A stretch of 64,000 nucleotides of DNA from an uncultured Fibrobacterota bacterium (GTDB lineage: Bacteria > Fibrobacterota > Chitinivibrionia > Chitinivibrionales > FEN-1185). The stretch's first letter is position 1. The number at the start of each line of letters is the position of its first letter. The position numbers were made by a program, and so were the translations under genes. The notes under the pieces are model-generated. The model had not been told where the DNA came from. It was given only the letters and a program-made list of their open reading frames with translations, and did no database searches. Positions 19,470 to 27,789 of the stretch are shown here, piece by piece. The stretch is from NCBI GenBank assembly GCA_963729895.1, contig CAVSQB010000018.1, positions 78,074-142,073 of the forward strand, written 5' to 3'.

Positions 19470-19841
19470 CTACGCCGACGCTTCCGGAGAAGAGTCCCAC
19501 CCCAATTCGGCCTCGTATGCCTTCGATACATCGGGATTTTCCTGAGCGACGAGCCGGTACAAATCCTGCGAGGGCGCGTTTGGAAAGTCCTTCTTCTTTT
19601 TTTCCATCAAATAAACCATTCGCTGTGTTGCCGACATTGCCGGAAGAGTCGGAGGCTTGGCGGCCTTCTTTTCGGAAAAGTTTGAGACACCTTTTCCCCG
19701 GACCTGCTCGGAGAAGTCCGCAAATAACTGTGGACATCGCGCCTTGATGTCCTTCAAAGCCTGTGCATCTGTGAGGTGAGGGTTTCGACGGCGCAACAGA
19801 TGTACCTCGCGTTCAAATTCAAGAGCGGCGTTGATGCTCAT
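19470..19841 (-). CDS. Hypothetical protein with a duplicated helical motif resembling phage scaffold C-termini
   Basis: RBS GGAGG; start overlaps the upstream stop; two similar units NPHLTDAQALKDIKARCPQLFADF and FPNAPSQDLYRLVAQENPDVSKAY. Confidence 0.6.
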   Translation of the reverse strand: MSINAALEFEREVHLLRRRNPHLTDAQALKDIKARCPQLFADFSEQVRGKGVSNFSEKKAAKPPTLPAMSATQRMVYLMEKKKKDFPNAPSQDLYRLVAQENPDVSKAYEAELGWDSSPEASA

Positions 19842-20155
19842 TTACTGCCTCCTAATTTTGTTTTGTGAAGGGGATTTTTCCTAACGCGTTTCTTTGGACT
19901 CAGAGAGGGCGCAGAGCAGAATTCGAGCCGGTGAATTTTAATTGACAACCCATATTCCGCCGCCGTGGACCTTATAAAGGTGCGCAGAGCAGCGGCTATT
20001 CTGCGGCTTTCTGTTTTTCCATCCAGGACGGCCCAGATTGCTGTATGCGAGACTGGTGGCCTCAGCGACCGCGCAAAGGAGGACATTGTTATTCCCGTTA
20101 ACGTCCTGCATCCGTGAAATAGTATTTTACGAAGGGCGCGTTCGTTGTTCGTCAT
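19838..20155 (-). CDS. Ner/Cro-like small basic HTH protein
   Basis: GITMSSFARSL..VSHTAIWAVLDGKTESRRI; divergent from the repressor; first gene of the transposase operon. Confidence 0.65.
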   Translation of the reverse strand: MTNNERALRKILFHGCRTLTGITMSSFARSLRPPVSHTAIWAVLDGKTESRRIAAALRTFIRSTAAEYGLSIKIHRLEFCSAPSLSPKKRVRKNPLHKTKLGGSK

Positions 20156-20220
20156 AGGGAAAACCCTCGGCGTTTGTTGTTTGAGTTGCAACCGCAACTT
20201 CTGCCTATCTCAAATATAGC

Positions 20221-20904
20221 ATGAACAAGCTGAATAGTCCAGAAAAAAACAAAAAATATTTCATGCGCGTTTTGCACATCGGGGAACGCATACGCCTAAT
20301 TCGCAATCTCAAAAGGATGTCTCAGCAGGAATTTGCCTCTGAAATAGGGGCAGATCATTATTCGTCCGTGTTTCGGTACGAAAAAAACCTCGTTATGCCG
20401 CCGCTTGGCAAAGTCAACACCATAGCTGATTTAGGCTCAACAACTGCAAGATGGGTTTTGTCGGGAAAGGCCAATACAGATATTTGCGACAGATTTTTCT
20501 CGTTCGTAAAATCGAGATCGAAAAGCCTTCATGGCGTGGAAAGTGATCTTGATCTTCCGACGGGAATCCTCAGCCTTATTGAAAAACATGAGCTGGAGCC
20601 ATCACCACAGCTTATCAAACGGTATTGCAATTTTTACGACGAGCCTGCCCTGGGGTTCGTTGATTACTTTCTTGTGGCCGAGAACTTCGGCACTCCAGGG
20701 TTAACCGGTTTTACCGAAGGGAAAGAGCAGTCTCCTCCAGACAAATTGGACAAGCTGACCGAAATAACACGGCTTCTGATTGGTGACGAGGGTGCACAAA
20801 GCAAGGTACTAGATTATCTCAAGGCTAGGCAGGCGCTTGGTAGCGCGGAAAAAGGGCTGATCGCTCCGACGGGCCGAGTCGGGAAGCCGCGAGCGCAGAA
20901 ATAG
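20221..20904 (+). CDS. XRE-family repressor with two HTH domains (start may be 20263)
   Basis: IGERIRLIR..KRMSQQEFA..IG...VFRYEK and a second unit SLHGVESDLDLPTGILSLIEK..LEPS; no S24 peptidase motif seen. Confidence 0.8.
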   Translation: MNKLNSPEKNKKYFMRVLHIGERIRLIRNLKRMSQQEFASEIGADHYSSVFRYEKNLVMPPLGKVNTIADLGSTTARWVLSGKANTDICDRFFSFVKSRSKSLHGVESDLDLPTGILSLIEKHELEPSPQLIKRYCNFYDEPALGFVDYFLVAENFGTPGLTGFTEGKEQSPPDKLDKLTEITRLLIGDEGAQSKVLDYLKARQALGSAEKGLIAPTGRVGKPRAQK

Positions 20905-21020
20905 AAATCCTTCGGGTTGAATTGGTTTTTATCCGCAAGCAGCAAAAGGAGGCTCCACGGGTCTCGGATTCGGCCGGGGGCTAATGCGGTTTTGATGGTC
21001 AACTTATCCTCTTTGTCTAC

Positions 21021-21185
21021 TTCCCACCTTTCATTCAAAGGTGGGAACAAAAGGTGGGAACCCTTTTTGCGAGTTCCCACCTTTGCTGAACATTGGTAGA
21101 ATCACACACTTATAATCCTTCTTGAATTGCTTTCTGCTTGTTTTTGGTTGTTTTGTGGGGTGCCGAGGTGCGAAAAGGTGGGAAC
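21021..21185. repeat. Five copies of AAAGGTGGGAA(C) in mixed orientation
   Basis: 21021-21031 (-), 21037-21048 (+), 21050-21061 (+), 21073-21084 (-), 21174-21185 (+). Confidence 0.9.
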
Positions 21186-21562
21186 TGTTTTGCTCGCTCT
21201 TAAATGGTCTATTATTGGCCCTTTAATCCCTTGTTAGTGTTCCATTGTTGGCTCCCTGTCTCATAGGAGAAACCGCGCTTTTTCCCTGGCCTTTTGCTCC
21301 AAATATCTTTGAGTTTTAGGTCTTTGCAGAATTGGCCTAAGTGAACGGCACGTTCGTAGGGGCGCGTTTGTTTATTTTGTGCTTTTGCTGCCTTTGTTGG
21401 TGCTGTTTGTGAAGTAATTTGTCTGTGGAGTTATAGAAAGTGGTGTTATTTTGCCGATTTGTTCACTGGTATGATGGTTCAGACCATTACAAAAATAGTT
21501 TTGAACTATCCCGCGCGTTATAAAAACCCTGAAGAAAACCGCCCATCACCCGCATTCTTTTA

Positions 21563-21591
21563 TTGACTCACCCCACCATATATTGTATCTT
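21563..21591 (+). promoter_or_regulatory. Putative sigma70 promoter of smc
   Basis: TTGACT-17 bp-TATCTT with TG just upstream of the -10. Confidence 0.5.
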
Positions 21592-21682
21592 AGTTTAGTT
21601 AAGCATCTATCTCTGGTAGCGCCCGTTGTCACGATAGGAACAGACCCTTTTCACAGCACCGGACCAAAAAGGAAGCATACCT

Positions 21683-24600
21683 ATGGTGTTACGCAAGCTT
21701 TCAATCTTCGGGTTCAAGTCCTTTGCAGACAAGACTGAGGTGGAATTTGGCGAAGGCGTCACCGCGGTTATCGGCCCGAACGGATGCGGAAAAAGCAATG
21801 TCATCGACGCGATCCGGTGGGTATTCGGCGAGCAGAAGCCGTCCGCGCTGAGGAGCGCCAGTATGCAAGATGTTATCTTTTCGGGAGCGCAGAAACGCCA
21901 GGCACTCAACATTGCCGAGGTCACATTAACAATAGAGAACACCAAGAAGATCCTTCCGTCGGAATTCAATGAAATCGCAATTACCCGCAGAATATTCCGT
22001 AGCGGCGAAAGCGAATACCTCATCAATAGGGTTCCGTGCAGGCTGCGCGACATCCACACCATGTTTCTCGATACCGGCATCGGCAGCTCCGCATATACTA
22101 CCATCGAAAATTCAATGATCAATTCCATATTGAGCGACAAGGCCGAAGAGCGGCGCATCCTGTTTGAGGAAGCGGCCGGTATCGGCAAATACAAGGAGCG
22201 CAGGAAGGAAAGCCTGCGCCAGCTTGACCGCACTAGGCAGGATCTCCTGCGGATCAACGACAAGGTACAGGAAGCGGACCGTCAGGTGCGCATGCTCGCG
22301 CGCCATGTGGAAAAGGCCAACCGGTACAAGCGCTATTTTACCGACCTTAAGTCGCTTGAAGTGGGGTTCGAGAACAGACGGTATACCGCGTACTCCGGCA
22401 CGCTGACGGCGCGAAAGAAGGACCTCGACGAATATGAAGAAAAGCGTCAGACCGTCCGGGCCAAGGTCGCAGCGGTCGAGGCAACCATCGAAAAAATGCA
22501 GCTTACGGCGCTCGAGCAGGAAAAGGAACTGGAAATCGCCTCCAAGCACGTCGCCGAGGCGAACGAGACGATCATCGGGCTCGACCGCACTATTTCCGTT
22601 GCCAAGGAGCGGATGGCCAACGTGCGCGAGAACGTTGCGAGAAGCGACCGCGAGCACGTCAGTCTCGATGAGCAAATCGAAGGCGCCACCGCGCTCAGAA
22701 TGCAGGTTGAAAAAGGCATCATCGAGCATTCGGGTGAGCTTGACGGATTCAAAGAAAAAGTCGGGTGCGCCCGGCAGGAATTGTCGGCGTTCGATGAAAA
22801 AGTGACTGCATCCAGGCTCGAGGCGGACCGCGCCGCGTCCGAACAAATAGAAGTGATCAACGCCATCGGCGAACAGAAGAACGCAGTGTCCACGCTCAAG
22901 ACAAACTTCGCAAACAGCATGGAGCGCAGCGGTCACGATGAAAAAGAACTTCAGACGCTGCAAACGAGACTCGACGAGTACCGCGAGGCCACAGAAGTCT
23001 GTAGACGCCAGCTCGAATCTGCGCATGAATCTCACCGGAACCTGTCGGCGTCGCGCGAATCGCTGCTTGCCCGCATCGAGAAGGAAGACTCTCAGCGCCA
23101 ATCTCTTGTCGAACGCGAAAAACGCCTTGAAGCTCAGATCGACGCGTGCAAGAGCCAGCGGACGTTTCTGGAAGGCCTTGATGCGGCGTTCGAAGGCTAC
23201 GAAAGCGGCGTGCGGGCCGTGCTTACCAGGAAACTTCCGGGCGCGGAAGGCATCGTTGCCGATCTCGTGCGCGTACCCGACGAATCCATGCTCGGCCTTG
23301 TCGAGCGGGTTCTCGGCCAGTCGATCCAGACCCTCGTGTTCAGAACGGACGCCGATCTCAAGAACGCGATCTCTTTTATCAATGCGGAAAAAGCCGGGTC
23401 GGCCCGCATGGTATCTATGGAACGGCTCAAACGCCTGTCGTTCAACACGTCTTTCAGTCATCCGTCCGTCGAACCCTTTCGGAAATTCGTTCAAACCGCC
23501 GATGAGTATTCGTGCGTTGCCGATTATTTGTTCTGCAACACCTATCTTACGGCCACCTCAGACGATGCGTTTGCGCGTTCGGCAGAGACGGGGAGCAACA
23601 TTTTTGCGTCCAAAGACGGCGTGGTGTGTCTCGAAAACGGCTGCGTACTGGCCGGCGCTCCCAAGAAACAGCAGGCCGGAATTCTCCAGCGTAAGCAGCA
23701 GATCGAAAAATGCGTCACGGACATCGACCGGTTCGAAAAAGAATACCAGCGCGTGATTCACGACAAGGAAATCTGCACCATAAACCGTGATGAAGCTAAG
23801 TACGCGCTTGTGGAGGTCGACGAAAAACTCAATACGGGCCGGCAGCAACAGCAGGAGCAGGAAACCACCATTCGTCACTACGACAACGAGAGCAGGACGG
23901 TGGAGGCAAAGATGGAGGAACTGCGCTCCGAAGTGTCTCGCACCCGGGAGCGCATGATTTCCCTCGACGCGCAGATCAAGACCGGCGATCTGCGATGCGA
24001 GGAACTCGATGCGAGGCGGCAGGAAATCGGGATGCGCGTCGAGCAGTCGCGCGCCGCGCTCGCGTCCATGCAGGAAGAGCGCAACAGGATGGCCGAGCAC
24101 CTCAAGAACATCGAGCTTGAGATGATGGGCTTAACAAACAGAATCTCCCAGGAGAAACAGGATGTTGAGCGGCTCCTGTCCGACGTGCAGCGGTTTACTG
24201 CCAAGAAAGAGAAGGTGGCCCAGGAGAAGCGGCAGGCGCTCGCCGAGATCGAATCCCTGGAATCGGGAATCCGGGGCCAGGAGGAGCAGCTCGGTCTGCG
24301 GATTGCAGACCGTTCCGCACTCGAACAGGTAAAGGCGGTCCAGCGCGACAAGTACAATAGCATCCTTATCGAGATCGAAGAACTGCGCAAGGCCGTCAAG
24401 GTGGATCAGGCCGGTGTCGAGGACCTGTCGAACCGGATCCACGGCCTCGAGCTCGATCAGACGCGCGACGAACAGGAAAAGCGCAGGGTGCGCGAGCGCA
24501 TTTTCGAGGCCTACAAGGTCGATCTCGAATCGCCGCCCGAGGACATCATTCTTGTTGAAGAAGAAGAGGCGGCGGTCGTCGAGCGTATCAATCTGTTCAA

Positions 24601-25231
24601 GGAACGGCTGCGCAGGCTGGGCGACGTGAACATGGCGGCCCTTTCCGATTTTGAAACCGAAAGCGCGCGGCTGCGCGAAATGACCATGCAGCGCGATGAT
24701 CTGCAGACAGCCGTCGACGACCTGGAAAAGGCCATCAAAAAACTCGACAAGGAAGCCCGCACGCAGTTCACCGCGACGTTCGAGCAGGTGCAGAAGAACT
24801 TTATCGGCATGTTTACCACGCTGTTCGAAGGAGGCGAGGCCCAGCTCACGCTCGAAGAGAACGCGGACCCGCTCGAGGCCGCCATCAACATCAACGTGCG
24901 GCCCGCGGGGAAGAAAATGCGCGGTGTTGACTTGCTGTCGGGCGGCGAGCGCGCGCTTACGGCCATTTCGCTCCTGTTCTCGCTCTATCTTGTGAAGCCG
25001 TCGGCCTACTGTATTCTCGATGAACTCGACGCTCCGCTCGACGATGCGAATATCGGGAGGTTCGTGAACATCCTCAAGAAGTTTTCCATGCAGACCCAGT
25101 TCATCGTGGTGACGCACAACAAGCGCACCATGGAGGCGGCCGACCTCCTTTACGGCGTCACGCAGCAGGAAAAAGGCGTTTCCACCATTGTGGGTGTGAA
25201 GTTTGAAGAAGCCGCGCTGCAGGCAGCGTAG
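21683..25231 (+). CDS. smc: Chromosome segregation protein SMC
   Basis: GFKSF, Walker A GPNGCGKSN, long coiled coils with hinge, LSGGE and LDELDAPLD. Confidence 0.96.
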   Translation: MVLRKLSIFGFKSFADKTEVEFGEGVTAVIGPNGCGKSNVIDAIRWVFGEQKPSALRSASMQDVIFSGAQKRQALNIAEVTLTIENTKKILPSEFNEIAITRRIFRSGESEYLINRVPCRLRDIHTMFLDTGIGSSAYTTIENSMINSILSDKAEERRILFEEAAGIGKYKERRKESLRQLDRTRQDLLRINDKVQEADRQVRMLARHVEKANRYKRYFTDLKSLEVGFENRRYTAYSGTLTARKKDLDEYEEKRQTVRAKVAAVEATIEKMQLTALEQEKELEIASKHVAEANETIIGLDRTISVAKERMANVRENVARSDREHVSLDEQIEGATALRMQVEKGIIEHSGELDGFKEKVGCARQELSAFDEKVTASRLEADRAASEQIEVINAIGEQKNAVSTLKTNFANSMERSGHDEKELQTLQTRLDEYREATEVCRRQLESAHESHRNLSASRESLLARIEKEDSQRQSLVEREKRLEAQIDACKSQRTFLEGLDAAFEGYESGVRAVLTRKLPGAEGIVADLVRVPDESMLGLVERVLGQSIQTLVFRTDADLKNAISFINAEKAGSARMVSMERLKRLSFNTSFSHPSVEPFRKFVQTADEYSCVADYLFCNTYLTATSDDAFARSAETGSNIFASKDGVVCLENGCVLAGAPKKQQAGILQRKQQIEKCVTDIDRFEKEYQRVIHDKEICTINRDEAKYALVEVDEKLNTGRQQQQEQETTIRHYDNESRTVEAKMEELRSEVSRTRERMISLDAQIKTGDLRCEELDARRQEIGMRVEQSRAALASMQEERNRMAEHLKNIELEMMGLTNRISQEKQDVERLLSDVQRFTAKKEKVAQEKRQALAEIESLESGIRGQEEQLGLRIADRSALEQVKAVQRDKYNSILIEIEELRKAVKVDQAGVEDLSNRIHGLELDQTRDEQEKRRVRERIFEAYKVDLESPPEDIILVEEEEAAVVERINLFKERLRRLGDVNMAALSDFETESARLREMTMQRDDLQTAVDDLEKAIKKLDKEARTQFTATFEQVQKNFIGMFTTLFEGGEAQLTLEENADPLEAAININVRPAGKKMRGVDLLSGGERALTAISLLFSLYLVKPSAYCILDELDAPLDDANIGRFVNILKKFSMQTQFIVVTHNKRTMEAADLLYGVTQQEKGVSTIVGVKFEEAALQAA

Positions 25232-25236
25232 GAGCC

Positions 25237-25767
25237 ATGCGCATCGCGGCCCTCGCCGTCGGCGCTGCCCTCGCGGCTTTCTTTGCCGTATGTCTTGCCG
25301 GGGGCGTGTTCGACGAGGTTGTAATGTCCGCGGGCGAGGAGGGCCCGTTCTGTCTTGTGTACCGGGAACACACCGGGCCCTACCGCGAAGTAAAGTCAGT
25401 AGTGTCGGATGTATACCGGTACCTCAAGGACAAACGCTCCATCACGTCGTCCAAAGGTTTCGCGCGGTTCCTGGACAACCCGCAAAAGGTAAGCCCCCAA
25501 CACCTGAGAAGCATCGCCGGCTGCATCACCGACAGCCTGCTCCCGGACGTCCAGCTGCCATACAAGACGGACATTTTTCCAAGGACCCGCGCCGTTACCG
25601 GCACGTTTCCCATCCGCACCTTCCTCTCGCAGTTCACAGGGCCGCTCAAGTTTTATCCACGGCTGTTCCGCTTTCTTTCGCAAGAAAAACTCCAGGCGGA
25701 CGGTTCGATGATGGAAATCTACGACAAGGCGGCAAAGAAGATAGTGTACATTGCGCCGGTGAAGTGA
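25237..25767 (+). CDS. Membrane-anchored GyrI-like small-molecule-binding protein
   Basis: N-terminal hydrophobic helix; HTGPY, F.DNP..V....LRS.AG and MEIYD motifs. Confidence 0.65.
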   Translation: MRIAALAVGAALAAFFAVCLAGGVFDEVVMSAGEEGPFCLVYREHTGPYREVKSVVSDVYRYLKDKRSITSSKGFARFLDNPQKVSPQHLRSIAGCITDSLLPDVQLPYKTDIFPRTRAVTGTFPIRTFLSQFTGPLKFYPRLFRFLSQEKLQADGSMMEIYDKAAKKIVYIAPVK

Positions 25768-25989
25768 TCGCCCGGCTCAGCCATCCGGAATTTCCTGCAT
25801 TATTTCTCCGGCAATTAAATTTCATAGTACAACGGCCGCAAATTGTGGGTCTCATTATTGCCGGAGTAATAAGATGTCACATCGGTCAAGCACTCCTTAT
25901 GGGCGTCTTCCGCTCATGGGCCGGTTCAAATCAATGCGCAGATCGACCCCGGCCCTTTCTCCCGAAACCGCGCGTTGTATTTTGAAGCC

Positions 25990-27789
25990 ATGCTCAAATC
26001 CGAATCGGCCGTTTCCACGGGAAAAGCCGGATCCTTCCTATTTTCGTACGTAAAGAAGCACACCCTCTCCATCGCGGGCGGCATGGCGCTGCTCGTGGCG
26101 GTGGACCTGTTTCAACTCATGATTCCCCGCATCGTGCAGAAGACCGTTGATCTGCTCGGCGAGGAGCATTTTGCGCGGGAGGCAATATTCACCAACGCGG
26201 CAACAATTGCCGGCCTCGCCTTCGGCATGGTGATACTCCGGTTCTTCTGGCGGCTCTGCATTATGGGGTCGGCGCGAAAGATCGAAACGGAGATGCGCGA
26301 AGACATGTTTGTGCACCTCTCCGGCCTGTCGTTCTCCTATTTCAATAAGACCAAGACCGGCGACCTCATGGCGCTCCTTGTAAACGATCTCAACGCCATC
26401 CGCATGGCAACGGGGCCGGCGCTTATCGGCAGTACCGATTCCCTGTTCATGGGGACCATGTCGCTCGTCTTCATGATGTCGATAAATGTTCCGCTCACCC
26501 TGCTTACCGTGGTTCCGCTGCCGCTCATCGTGTTTGTCATGATCCGGTTCGGCAAGGTGATCCAGGCGCGTTTTGCCGACGTGCAGAAGTCGTTCGGCGA
26601 CTTGTCATCGCAGACACAGGAATCTTTCTCGGGCATCCGCGTGGTAAAGGGCTTTGTCCAAGAGGGCAGGGAACTCGACGGCTTTGTGCGGGAATGCGAT
26701 TCCTACGTTGAAAAGAATATGCGGCTTGTCAAGCTCTTCGGGTTCTTCTTCCCTCTCATCAGCTTTCTTGCGGCGCTGTCGTTGTCGCTCCTGTACTTCT
26801 TCGGCTCCAGATTCGTTCTGGAAAACAGAATTTCGCTCGGGCAGTTCGTGTCATTTGCCTTCTACATCGGGTTGTTTGTGTGGCCCATGATGGCCGTGGG
26901 CTGGGTATATAACATGTTCCAGCGAGGAATAGCATCTGCAAAGCGAATCATCGAGCTCATGGAAAGCCGGCCCGACGTGGGCAGGGCGCCGCCGGCCCCG
27001 GGGGCGAGGGTTGTCGCAGGAAACATAGGTTTCCGTGATCTCACCTTCAGCTACGGCCCCGGAAACCGGGACGTGCTCAAGCACGTATCGTTCTCCATTC
27101 CTGCCGGGGCATCGCTTGGCATTATGGGAAAACCCGGCAGCGGCAAGACAACGCTCGTTTCGCTTCTGTTCCACCTGTTTCCGGTGGAACGAGGAAAAAT
27201 CGAAATTGACGGACACGATATCAACGACATTCCGCTCGCCGCCCTGCGGGCGGCAATCGGGTACGTGCCGCAGGATTCGTTTCTGTTTTCCGATTCCGTG
27301 GAAAACAACATCGCCTTCGGCCTTGACGAAGGCGATAGAGAACGCTCCCGGATAGTGCGCGTGGCGGAGGTGTCGGCAATCCACAAGGAGATCGTGCAAT
27401 TTGCAAACGGCTATTCAACGCAGATCGGCGAACGGGGTATCACACTTTCGGGCGGGCAAAAGCAGCGGCTAGCGATAAGCCGTGCCTTGCTTGTCGACCC
27501 CGCCATCTTCGTCCTCGACGACGCGCTGTCGTCGGTGGATGCAGGGACCGAACGGCAGATTTTTTCGTCGCTTGCCGCCGAAATGAGGAGCCGAACGTCC
27601 ATCATTATTGCCCACCGGGTTTCCACGGTGATGCGCTGCGATTCCATTATCGTGCTTTCCGACGGTGAAATCTCGGAGCAGGGGAGCCACAACCAGCTGA
27701 TTGAGCGAGACGGGTTCTACGCAAAGTTGTACCGGCTGCAAACTCTTGAAGAAACCATTGCGGACGGAGAAGGGGCGGGCATTCGGTGA
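25990..27789 (+). CDS. ABC exporter permease/ATPase subunit 1 (MdlA-like)
   Basis: TM domain plus GKPGSGKT, LSGGQKQR and degenerate Walker B LDDALS. Confidence 0.9.
   Translation: MLKSESAVSTGKAGSFLFSYVKKHTLSIAGGMALLVAVDLFQLMIPRIVQKTVDLLGEEHFAREAIFTNAATIAGLAFGMVILRFFWRLCIMGSARKIETEMREDMFVHLSGLSFSYFNKTKTGDLMALLVNDLNAIRMATGPALIGSTDSLFMGTMSLVFMMSINVPLTLLTVVPLPLIVFVMIRFGKVIQARFADVQKSFGDLSSQTQESFSGIRVVKGFVQEGRELDGFVRECDSYVEKNMRLVKLFGFFFPLISFLAALSLSLLYFFGSRFVLENRISLGQFVSFAFYIGLFVWPMMAVGWVYNMFQRGIASAKRIIELMESRPDVGRAPPAPGARVVAGNIGFRDLTFSYGPGNRDVLKHVSFSIPAGASLGIMGKPGSGKTTLVSLLFHLFPVERGKIEIDGHDINDIPLAALRAAIGYVPQDSFLFSDSVENNIAFGLDEGDRERSRIVRVAEVSAIHKEIVQFANGYSTQIGERGITLSGGQKQRLAISRALLVDPAIFVLDDALSSVDAGTERQIFSSLAAEMRSRTSIIIAHRVSTVMRCDSIIVLSDGEISEQGSHNQLIERDGFYAKLYRLQTLEETIADGEGAGIR

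Larger units (their letters stand above)
10608..21515 (-). mobile_element. Compact Mu-like transposable element (~10.9 kb; candidate satellite or reduced prophage); ends approximate
   Basis: MuA-like, MuB-like, repressor/Ner-like, Mor-like and baseplate-like genes; AT-richer ends; imperfect terminal inverted repeat; flanked by housekeeping genes. Confidence 0.85.

Noticed and set aside
21021..21185. CRISPR array
   Set aside because: Repeats are only 11-12 bp, in mixed orientation and irregularly spaced; no repeat-spacer array was seen anywhere in the window.
10608..21515. Complete prophage or tailocin
   Set aside because: No recognisable capsid, terminase, portal, tube, full sheath, tape-measure or lysis gene.
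21683..25231. SMC-based defence system (Wadjet/Lamassu)
   Set aside because: Canonical full-length housekeeping SMC with no jet or effector genes alongside.
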